Shown here one piece after another: positions 38,486 through 49,332 of a stretch of DNA of 64,000 nucleotides; position 1 is the stretch's first letter, and each line of letters begins with the position of its first letter. The stretch lies in assembly GCA_013239625.1 (NCBI GenBank), contig MU054391.1, forward strand, positions 7,845,095 through 7,909,094, given 5' to 3'. The notes beneath the pieces are model-generated. The model did no database searches, was not told the origin of the DNA, and saw nothing but the letters and a program-made list of their open reading frames with translations. Origin of the DNA: Lama guanicoe (lineage: Eukaryota). A program made the translations under genes and the position numbers.

Positions 38486-40433
38486 AAAGACAACCTTGTT
38501 CAACTTGTTCCACTTGAAGGCTGAGAACAGAGAGGTTAAGTGACTCACTCAGAGCCACACAGGAAGTAAGAGATGGAATCTGCTCTCCTAGCTCTTAGCC
38601 CCACACCTTTTCCAGTGATCACAATGATTTCTTGCGCATTGATGGAAATCAGGAGAGGGAAGTAGTCACCCTGGGTCTTTGAAACTCCTGTAATCCAAAT
38701 ACAGGATCTTAGAATCAGCCCAGGTTTCATCAGACCTGTTGCTCTAGAGAGCTCCCAGCAACACTACTTTGATTAACTTGAACCTCACCTCCCTTCTGTG
38801 GCTCTCTGAGTAGCCGTGGTGACCGCCCTGAAGGCTAAGACCTGCAGTTGGAGAAAAAGAAACAGCAGTGGACGGAGCTGAGTCACGAGCTCTGATTCAG
38901 GACTAAAGCCTCATCGTGGTTTCTCTGAGCACTTTTCTGTTCTCTGCTCGCTTGAGCTTCCTCACACCTCAGAGCAACAGGGTAGATGCTTTGATGTGCA
39001 CTTTTGAGAGGAAGGAACCAACTGATAGGAATGACACTGACCTTGCAGGACCTGGGAGGCACTGTCTGTGAGGTCCTAGCCCCCCAACTTCAGCCCCTCC
39101 TCCCTGTCCCCTGTCACCTTCACATCACATTGTGTTGGAATGGGATTACCTTATTTAGAGCCTGAGAACTAGGGAACTTTGCAGTGGCGGTGTTCTGGCC
39201 AGGAGACAGGGAGGAGGATGTCAGTTTTAAGCGCTGAGATGTAGTAATGCCTAATTTCCTACTCAAAAAAGACAGGGCAGGGACACAAGAATTTTCAGGA
39301 GGCCCCCGGGCTAAGGAGGGAATGCCAGGCTAGGAGCTTGGGGTGCTGAGCACTTACTTGTCTTATAGTCAGTGATTCTATCAAGCCCTTCTGTGCAAAG
39401 ATGTGTGCTAGGTTCCAGGGACTGAGTTTAATGCAGGATTTCTCCACCTCTGTTCTTCCCCGTCATACCCAGAAGAGTCCTTCATCCCTGTGGACCAGCT
39501 CAGTGGTCCTTAAATGGTGGGGGGAAGATTCACCCACACACCCATGCGCCCACGTGAGACATCAGAATCACATATGCACTGACACAGGTGGAAGATACGG
39601 GTAACCAAAGTCACAGAAGTACCAGGTCAAGGACCACCTCCTGGGAGTCTGATGGGCAGGTTGGGAGGCAAATACAACAGGAAATCTCGGAAAGAGGATG
39701 GGATTGGAAAGAAGATGAGGATGCCGAACTTGGAAGGACTAGGTGATGGGATACACGCCGATCCAACATTCCCTGGCTCTGTCTGAGTCCTAAGAGAGGC
39801 AGCTTGGTGTAGTGGAAGGAGCAACAGGGTTGACTCAGGAAGATGCGCGGTCAGGTTTTCCCTCTTTCCCAACTAGAAGTTACTCAGACTCTCTGAGCCT
39901 CCATGTCCTCATCTGTAAAATGGGACAGTGAAATCCTCCGTCTAACAGAAGGACGGCGGTGAAGCGAGAATACAGCTGAGCGAAGGGTCCTTCCTCCCGT
40001 GTTGTGCTGTGTTAGCTGCAAGATTGCCAGAGGTTGTGGACAGGCTTCCATGAGCTTCCCAGCTGGTTGGATCTGAGTTCAAAATCTTGTGGCTCCCTGT
40101 CATTACCTAGCTGTGACTTTGAGCATATTATTTAATCTCTGTTCCCTCATCACTAAGACGGGCTAGGAATAATGCTATCTGCGGTCTGCTTACTTGCTGA
40201 AGTTTTGGGTCTCCCAATAGATGGTAAGTTTCATGCAGAGCCTTTGCAGGTCTTGTTCACTCCCGGGTCCCAGCCCTGGAATAGGGTCTGGCACCTAGAA
40301 AGCAATGTGCGGCTGGTCCAGTGAGTGAGTGAAGGGTCATTGGAAACAGCAGAGCGGGAGCTGTGATGTAATCGTGGGATTGCTGGGTCTCGGTGCACCC
40401 CCAGGAGCTCATGTTTGCCTCCCTTTCTTGCAG

Positions 40434-40902
40434 GACCCGGGTCAAGCTGGAGAGCCTGGAGGACGCCTACATCCTGCGAGGGGATGACGACTCGCTCTCC
40501 GACAAGCACGGCTGCCCGGCGTACGTCAGCCCGGAGATCCTGAACACCAGTGGCAGCTACTCCGGCAAAGCGGCCGACGTGTGGAGCCTGGGAGTGATGC
40601 TGTACACCATGTTGGTCGGGCGGTACCCTTTCCATGACATTGAGCCCAGTTCCCTCTTCAGCAAGATCCGGCGCGGCCAGTTCAACATTCCAGAGACTCT
40701 GTCGCCCAAGGCCAAGTGCCTCATCCGAAGCATCCTGCGGCGAGAGCCCTCCGAGCGGCTGACCTCGCAGGAGATTCTGGACCATCCTTGGTTTTCTACA
40801 GATTTTAGCGTCTCGAATTCAGGATATGGTGCTAAGGAAGCGTCCGATCAGCTGGTGCCGGATGTCAACATGGAGGAGAACTTGGACCCTTTCTTTAACT
40901 GA
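40434..40902 (+). CDS. TRIB2: TRIB2 coding exon 3 (aa 188-343, C-lobe and C-terminal tail)
   Basis: Acceptor CCCTTTCTTGCAG|G at 40433/40434 completes the AGG codon. Encodes [12 protein letters not shown] (SLE in place of DFG), [15 protein letters not shown], the ILDHPWF motif and the COP1-binding DQLVPD motif (40846-40863). TGA at 40900-40902. 270+293+469 = 1032 nt = 343 aa. Confidence 0.98.
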
Positions 40903-42940
40903 GCTCACGCCGCGCAGAGACTGAGCAGGTACCAGGAGCGAGAGAGGAGAGCGGAGAGGCGTTCTTCCAGGGAACACGGATCGGTCGCCCGGCTTGGCAG
41001 CCAGAAAGACCCTGACACTCACAAGCTTCTTGGTTCAAAGAAGGAAAATGGTCCAGGAGCTGACTGAACATGTAGCAGGGGGTGGGGGCACGAGGGACGT
41101 GGGATGGGGGCGGGCTCTGGGGTCCTGCCGGGTGGGCAGGCGCCCCCGGATCTCCTCTTGCCTGGCAGAGTGACCGGAGACCACCCCTGTCGGTTGGGCT
41201 GCTTCCGCCTACCCCACTTTTCATTTTGTTCCAAAATAGTTGCAGATCCTGATAGAATCAAAACTCTCTGCCTCAAACATACATCTTGGCATCGCACTGT
41301 TAGCATCTAACTTCTTGTCATGAATTCAGGGAAGGTACAATTGGCCAAGGGTTTTTGTTTTTGTTTTTGTTTTTTTATTTTCCTTTTGAAACAAGCCAGC
41401 CACCTATCTATCGGATAATTCATGGGGTTCATTTAAAAAAAAAAATTAGGTGCACACAGACTGACATGAAACCTGGGTGCTAAACTAAAAGAAAATAAAA
41501 GTCCAGTTTGTGTCTCTTAATTGCGCTCTTCAACTCATTTCTTCTAAAGAAACTATTTAAGATCCTGGTCAGGAAATGACATGTTAATGCTTTGTTCCCT
41601 GAAGGTGGAAAAAAAAAGTCTGTCCTTTAACCCACTATTCTGTTTTGTGTCAGTTGGTTTCTGGCAGGAAGCTATTAGAAGTCAAACTTCCAGATGCATT
41701 ACTGCTGTCATAGTTTAAAGACAGAGGGAAAAAAAGGAAGAAGAAAGGAAACGGGAAATTCGGCTTACATTTTTTCGGTTGTTGTTTGAACGATGGGGGC
41801 TGCGTTACAGGCACTCTTCTTGGCTGAGGAGAGTGATGGTGTGAGAAACCGGAAGCTCTTTGCAGTCTGAAGCTGGTACAACACTCTGATCTCAGCTAAA
41901 CACTTCGTCTTGGTTCTGTTGGAAACTAGTGAAACGAAGCAGGTTGTCCCACGTGTATAAAATACAGGGCAGCTTTTAAGTTTTCTGTACGGAGTATGAT
42001 CCTTTTTGGCTTGGAAGGCCCTCTGGTTTGGACAGAAACCCTCAGCAGAGACGAATGAAAAGGAAAATTAAGCTGAAAGCGAGGATGATATAAATAAAAA
42101 CAGCTCTCTATCCCAATACGCACCTTTGTATTTTCAAGAACTCTTCTATTTATTAAGGAAAATGTCACATTGTGATGTATTAAGCCAGTACTTCAATTAC
42201 GGGTTGACTTGGGATAATATGTTACATGCTGTAGTTAACATTTATATATATATATTTTTTTCCTTGTTTGAGTATTCCTGTCCCTGAAATAACCTTTTAT
42301 TTGGCTTTTCTAGCTAGCTTTATTTGATTTCGAGTGGCAAATGTTGGGTTGTTTTTTTTTCTTTATTATTATTATTATTATTATGGCTTTTCTATCGCTG
42401 TATGATACAGAACTCTTCTGCATCAATGTTTGTGTTTCCAGTACCTCAGTTGTTAGGTTTTTACTGCCTGTATGCGTTTTGTGAAACGGTCATGTTTCTG
42501 GGTAGGTGACACGTGGACTCTAGTATGTAAATGTTACTTGAATCTGTGCTTCGTTATAGTACGTGGCATGTCTGTGCAGACCCTGGATGCTTTATGCCTA
42601 TTTAGCAGGAGCCCCGCCTCGCGTTCCCAGGAGGGCGGCTTAACCGTTCGTTCACCGTCAGGAGACAAGGAGGCCATGGATTGGCTCTCGAGTCTATTTT
42701 GATGATGGAAGATGAAAAGGAGAGAGGATTTTTTTTTTTTTTTTTACATGCTGAAGATGGTGCTGAGTCAAGAAGGACCTGTTTTTCTTCCCTCTCCCTT
42801 ATTTTTTAAGTGCCCTGTAGGAGGAAGGATTGGTGACATGCATGGTGGGAATCTGTGGCCTCTGGTGCTTTGTCCTGTATTTGGTTTAATGTTTTTGTCC
42901 TAATCTCTTCAATCAATAAAATTGTGCAAATTTAACTAAA
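40903..42940 (+). other. TRIB2: TRIB2 3'UTR (~2 kb)
   Basis: Follows the stop codon, shows no recognisable interspersed repeats, has U-rich tracts and ends just after AATAAA at 42915. The end position is approximate. Confidence 0.8.
42915..42920 (+). terminator. Polyadenylation signal AATAAA
   Basis: CAATAAAATTG after a U/G-rich stretch, at the end of the repeat-free 3'UTR block. Confidence 0.8.
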
Positions 42941-45900
42941 CGTCTGGGGTCTGACAATCGATGATTTTCTCTCTGCCGTCTATGGTTGGAGGTCACCTCA
43001 CACCGGCCGGGAACTCAGACGTTCTCTGAGGTCTTCACTATGACTCTATACAAAGCAAAGCCGCCTTCCACTGTGTTTGGGCACACGCTGGCCAGTTAAG
43101 ATGTAATAGCTAACTGAATGGATCGTCACCACCACCTTCGAAGTGTGAATTATATTCGTATTACAGATTAGGAAATCAGCCTAGAAAGTTGCATAACATG
43201 TTCGATGTGAAACCACCCTTAAGTGATAGAGTCAGGAGTGGACCCCAAGTCTGTACTCTTTCTATCACATGAGAGCCCAGAGGTTCTCAGGACGAGTGTA
43301 ATAATAGCTCTGGGGGAGCAAGGCTTGCCTAGGACTCAAGTAATCAAGGAGTCCACGCGATTCCCCAGGAAAAGCATTATCTGCTGCAAACCTGACTGGG
43401 AACCACCAAGGTGGAGTCCACCCAACTCCCAGAAATGAATGCCCGCCGGCAGCCCTTCTCCCAGTCAGGGATCCACGGAGTATCAGGCCAAGGTGGGCTC
43501 TATGGGCAAACCCATCCATTGTGCACCTCATTTAATAGACGTACCTACAGCCAGAGAGGGTCAATTCAGTCCTGAAATGTTTAGTACGTGCCTCCTCTGT
43601 CATTGCAAGGCAGCTTGGGGAAATAGACATAGGAACTGACAAAGACGGGGCAGAATTGAGTGGTGGGGTAAACACACGTTCTTGGAAGCCTGCGGGATGG
43701 GCACTCCACTCACTGGCTCTGTAGGGTGTTGTCCTGGAAGAGGTAGTGGCTGAATCAGTCTGGGAAGAAATGGCTTTGGGTAATGAGGGCACCGTGTGTG
43801 AGAAGGATCTAGAGACTTGCCCAACAGGTGGACATCCTCGGTGCCAGGCTGTGGACAGAGCTCATCAGAGTCCTTGCAAAGATGGGGTTTGTGGCAGCTG
43901 GGAGGCCGTGGCTGAAGCAGAGACTTTCCAGTCGACTGGCCTCGTCTTCTGAATTCACAAAGTGTTTCTCATCCAGTAACGTCACCTCTGCATCTCCAGC
44001 AGCACCTGACCCAGCCCCTGGTGCGTGGCGGGTGTTCGGTAAACAACGGTTCACTGATGTAGACTTTATGCCGGGGACTCCATGTGCTGCTAAGTTTCCT
44101 TCCAACCCCAGGGTCCTGAGAGGTGCACCACTAGGAAACAGGCTTTCCGAGGACTGAAGCCCACAGTGGGGGCTTTTGCTAGGACGCAGACAGGCCGATC
44201 CAGTCTCTTTGCTCGTTCACTGCCGGCTGCCGAATGAATGCCTGTTTGAGTTGTGTTCTGTCAAACCGTCACATGCGTGGTTGCTGTGGTGGGGGAACTT
44301 GCTGGCACGCTTACTTCTAGTCTGTACAGTGAGCGTCCACCTTGGCGGGACCTGACATCAGCAAGCTCTTTTTCTTAATGTCTCGAGGCTTAGCCAGCAG
44401 AAATCTTTTATTCTATGATCCCTCTGGGGATACATACTTCACCCTCCTGCCACTTCATCCAGGCCTGGGGCAGGGCCAGGGACCAGGGCCGCTGGGAGTG
44501 AGGGCAGGGGCTGGGCAGGGGCTGGGCCGGGAGCAGACCCAGGCTCCGAATCCTCACCCTCCTATTAGCTGTGACCGGGCAAATCCCTTCACTTTTATAA
44601 GGACCAAGGGTGTTGTGAGGATTAACTTAGACGAGGCAGGGCATGTCAGGGGCTGAGTGCTGAAGCAGGCTGACCAGTGACTGTCAGTATTATCCGCCAA
44701 AGGCATCAGAGAGTGGAGCTCCTATGACAAAGGGATGGCACCGAAGTTGAGAATTTATCAAGCGCCATCAAGGAGAGGTGACAGGGACCCACTGAGAGCC
44801 CTCCCTGGCCACAATCAAAGCAGCTCCACTTTCCCAGTTTTGCACGTGTAGTTCTAACGCTGACATACAGGGCGGAAGTGAAAACTTCTGCTGCCAGATG
44901 TGATTGAAAGTTATTGATCAAATCTAACTCTTGATTCAGAGGTGACAAAGCAACTTTGATAAAGCAGCCAAGGTCCAGAGAGGTCAAGGGCACTACAGAG
45001 CCCACCCAGAGAGGAGATGCTGGGCTGTGGACTGGAGAACCAAGCTGTGCCAGGGCTCTGTGAGTGCGTCGTCCCAGACAGACATCAGGGGATTTGTTCC
45101 TCCCCCCACTTCCCTCACTGTCATCCTCGGTCCTTCCCACTGTGGCCTCCTTCCCTGACCCAGTCCATTCTCGTCTGTGACTAGCCCAGTGGCCGATACT
45201 TTAATGGGTGTTAGAGGATCATCTGAAATAATTACAAATTATGTATCAACATATCAAATGTCGAATCCGAAGTGCTCTTACTCGTCACCTGCGCCTTCAG
45301 ATGCTCCACTGATACAAGTCAGATGACTGTTTAGCGTTGCAACAACAGACTAAGTCCAGGTAACTCAACTTGGGAGGCACAAACCCTTGCTGAGCCCATG
45401 AGTGATCCCTGCTGGTTCTGTGTCATTTTTGTGCACTTGAGTCCCTGGGTATATACGTGTTCTAACTGCAGGAAACCAAACTTTGAAACAAATAAGAGAT
45501 GAAGGGAAGGAGGAGGTAGGAACCAACAAGTCCTGTTCAAATTATCAATAAGCCGGTCAAGGTAGGCAGCAAGTTTTACAAAGGAGTCAAGTGAGCCTCC
45601 AAGAGATTAAATTAATAGAAAGATGCCATCCAGCTGGTGTTGAATTCTCTACTGAATCTTGGTTTCACAATCCCCAAAGCCATTCCCTGCTGTCCCTGAA
45701 GCCTCAGCACGGAGAGCTGGATACTTGGAAGCTGTGACCAGTGCCCCTTTCCCGTCTCCCACCCATTCTGAGAAGGTTTTCTGCAGCTCCCAGAGGCAAG
45801 GGACCAGAGAGCAGTTGAGAGTATCACGGAGGCTGCACGGAGTTTGACCTTTCCTGGAACTTGATCACAATTCAGCCCGATGTGGATAGGAGCTTTGGGA

Positions 45901-47692
45901 AGGGATTTCTCATTTCCCCCAAACAGAAACTTCTCTTCACCCTGACTGTTGAGGCTTTTAAAGTATGGGCATCTAGATGTAAAGAAAAGATATTGGATTT
46001 TCATGGAAGGAGAGGGTCTTGGTTTGACCTGAGAAGGTCTTGGTCTGCAAGATCTGCCCTGTGTTTCCTGTGTGATCTACAATGAATCACTTCTTGAATC
46101 CAAGTCTTCTCATCTACGAACTGGAAACAAAGGCTCACGGTGAGGATAACTGGCTTCTTGTAAGTTTCCACACTATGAAAAGTAGTCTACAAATGCTCTT
46201 ACAAGGACAGATGGCTTGAGCAGTACTACATCTTTTAGGTACTAAAATTAAAACTAAGTTGGATTCAAGAGTGCAGGCAAAATAGGACTCAACTGGGGTG
46301 AGTCTGCAGCAGTGGGGGGTGGCCCCTGGGGTTCCCCGACCCAAGACGCCAGTGAGGCTAATCTTCTAAGGTCCCTTCATAGCTCCTGACCCCACAGCCC
46401 AGGCTCTGAGACCTCAGGTGAGGCCGAGAAGTAGGTAAAGATGGAAGGAAGGACCCCAGAGAAAAGAGCTTGGACCATCAGCTGAGCCCCACCGGCTACA
46501 TTGTTTATGACCTTAACCTCACAGACCCTAAGCCCAGACCATGCCTGCTGGATCCTCCAAGATATCATCACAGCCCTTCTTCACCATCCTGTGATGGGCT
46601 GTCAGAACCTTACTTCTACCTAGAGGCCTAGCAGACATTGTTCTTTCTTTTTCTAAGCATGAGACGAAAGATGCAGCCATTTATATTTGACTTTGAAGAT
46701 GGTGTCCCTGACCATTGGACCCTTAAAGATGTTGGTGAAATGGCAGGGCCTTGAATCTTCATAAGGCTTATCTCCCACTCTTTAAAATCACAGGCATCTG
46801 AATAAGGCTAGCCAGGCTTCCTGACCAGCATACTGCCTCCCAGGTCATGGATTAACCTGACGCCCTGTGGGATGTCCAGATGGCCCGGCTCTCTTCAGAC
46901 CATCTAGTGAAAGAAAGCACTAGTATTAATACAGCTCTGGGCCCGCTGTGAATACGTATCCATGTGGTGCAAGCTGGTTTTTATCTTCTTCCATGATCTG
47001 GATAAAAAAGAGTGCATTCACCAAATTGATGGCTGCATGGCCTGTACCTGAGGCCCTTTTAATCTGCTCCACAGTAACACCACATCGGGTGAAGCATCTT
47101 TGATTGAGGCTGACGGTTGGCTGAGCTTGTGGTGTTTGCAGGCGTTCTCCAGGATCCCTCTGGTTGGGCAGGAAGCAAACATCCATCCTAAATGCACATG
47201 TGAGAGGGACCATCACCTTTCCATCCTTAAGGCTCTTCTGGGTGGCACTGATTACCACCATCTGCCCGAGGAGGAGATGTTGCTTTTCATTTACTTCCCT
47301 GACGGGGGGAGGGTAGGTGAGGAACCAGTTTCAGGGGACTCACTGAGCTTTCCTCACTCTGCTGGCTCTTACCCCATGGGTCAAGACCCAATGTGGGGGC
47401 TATTATGTGTGCTGAGTATATCAAACTCAGTTATACATTTAAGGGATGGAGAGATGATGGTCAGGTGTGCCTGCAGACCCAGCAGGTCCAATAGGAGGTG
47501 GGGAAAGGCTCTGTATACTACGCGACCCCTATGTCTTCACTCTAACACAGCTCTTAAGGTTTCTGGGTATCAGTGTCAGTCCTACCCTGTGTCCGAAGGC
47601 CTTTGAACTGCCTAGATAGTCCTATTTCCTCAGCGACAGTCACCCAAGTAATGAACTCTGGTTTCCTTTAGGGAAGGACAGAGGAATCACTG

Positions 47693-48192
47693 CAGCCATT
47701 CCTTGGAGATAGCGCGGGTTCCGTTCCCGACCACTGCAATTAAGCAAATGTCATGATAAAGTGAGTCACAGACAGCTTTTGGTTTCCCAGTGCATATAGA
47801 AGTTATGTTGACACTATACTGTAGTCTGTTCAGTATGCAATAGCCTTATGTCTAAAAAAACCAATGTACCTACCTTAGTTAAAAAATACTTTATTGCTAA
47901 AATATGCTAACCATCACCTGAGCCTTCAGCAAGTCATAGTACTGTTATTGAAGATCACTGATCACAGATCAACCTAGCAAATAGAATAATCATAAAACAG
48001 TTTGAAATACTGCAAAAATTAGCAAAATACAGCACAGGGACACAAAGTGACCATGTGTCATTGGGAAAAAAATGGCACAAATAGACTTTGCTTGATGCAA
48101 GTTTGCCACAAAACTTCAGCTTGTTAAAAAAAAAAAAAAGCAACATTTGTGAAGCACAAGAGAGCAAAGAGCAATAAAATGAGGTCTGCCCG
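47693..48192 (+). mobile_element. Internally deleted ~500 bp Tigger1 derivative (Tigger1a_Art-like)
   Basis: Left end CAGCCATTCCTTGGAGATAGCGCGGGTTCCGTTCCCGACCAC and right end GCAATAAAATGAGGTCTGCCCG correspond to the Tigger1 termini; no transposase ORF. Confidence 0.8.
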
Positions 48193-48583
48193 TGTGGGAG
48201 ACTCTGGGGCGCTGCAGGGCCCCTTCTCCTGCAAAACCAGCTCCCTCAATGCCGGTGGGTCTGGCTCCAAAAACGTATTTCCAGTTTCCTTACTCTGTCT
48301 GGAACTGGACAAAGCATATGTATTTTCTTTGAGTCTTTTTATTGCCATTAGTCCCTTGGTTATCATTCTGGTTTCCTTTTCAGGGCATTACAGACATCAT
48401 GGTAATTGTGGCCTTTTGATTTCTGGCAATTAGTTGTCAACAGCTTATCTCTGTTGCTTCGGGGCATCGTCACCCCCGTTGTTATCTGCAGGTCATCTCC
48501 ATGGCAGCCCCTCTTCCTTAGCTGTGGCCTCTGAAAAGAGCCACCGCTGAACTTTGTGATGTCTATCACCAGCACTTTGCTCA

Positions 48584-48614
48584 TGGCCTTGGTGGCCTTG
48601 GTGGCCTTGGTGGC
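48584..48614. repeat. 9-bp tandem repeat (TGGCCTTGG) x ~3.4
   Basis: Three perfect copies at 48584-48610 plus a partial fourth. Confidence 0.9.
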
Positions 48615-48823
48615 TTTTAACCCACTGTGAAACAATCCCCTGGTGGCTCTCCTGGCCTCACATAATATGTCCTTTCCAGCATGTTGTCTTCCCTGCAGCT
48701 CCGCTGTTTCCCTGCTAATTCGGACATGGTGGCGTGGCTCGGTGTTGGCCGTGGCTTTCTCCAGGTTTCGAGGAAGTACCCTTAACAGCACGTGTGCATC
48801 AGCCCCAGATCCTTGCTCAGGTG

Positions 48824-49332
48824 GTGTCCCAGTTGTCTCTGGCTGCTGTAACAAGTGATCATAAAAGTAATGCTCTACAACTGTACAACTTCATTACCTC
48901 AGGGTTCTGGAGGTCGGACGTCAAACGCAGGTCCCGCTGAGGTTAAAATCAAGGTGCCAGCAGCGCTGTTGCTTTTGCTGGAAACTCTGGGGTGGATCCA
49001 TTTCTTTGCCTTTTCCAGCTTTTAGAGACCAGTCACATTCCTTAGCTGGTTGCTTCCTTCCTCCAGCATCACATGATCTCTCTGCTTCGGTCATCACCTC
49101 TCTTTCTCTGACCCTTTCTTGCCTCCCTCTTCTGCTTTTAAGGACGTCAGTAACAACACTGAGCCCACTTGGCTCATCCAGGAGCATCATCGTATTTCAA
49201 GGTCAGCTGATGAGCAATGTTCATTCCATCTGCAACCTTCATTCCCTTTTGTCATGTAAACTGACATAGTCATACATTCTAGGGATTAAGATTTGGACAC
49301 CTTGCGGTGGGGGGCATTACTCTGCTGACGGC
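48824..49332 (-). mobile_element. MLT1 (MLT1D-like) solo LTR
   Basis: GGCTGCTGTAACAA…GTTCTGGAGGTC…AAAATCAAGGTGCCAGCAG…CCTTTTCCAGCTTTTAGAG…GGGATTAAGATTTGGACA, typical of MLT1 in reverse. Confidence 0.8.

Noticed and set aside
40231..40785. 184-aa antisense ORF over exon 3 (and 165-aa antisense ORF at 24918-25415)
   Set aside because: Shadow ORFs of GC-rich coding exons with no recognisable domain.
48584..48614. KATKATKA repeat in ORF 48363-48854
   Set aside because: Simply the translation of a 9-bp tandem repeat.
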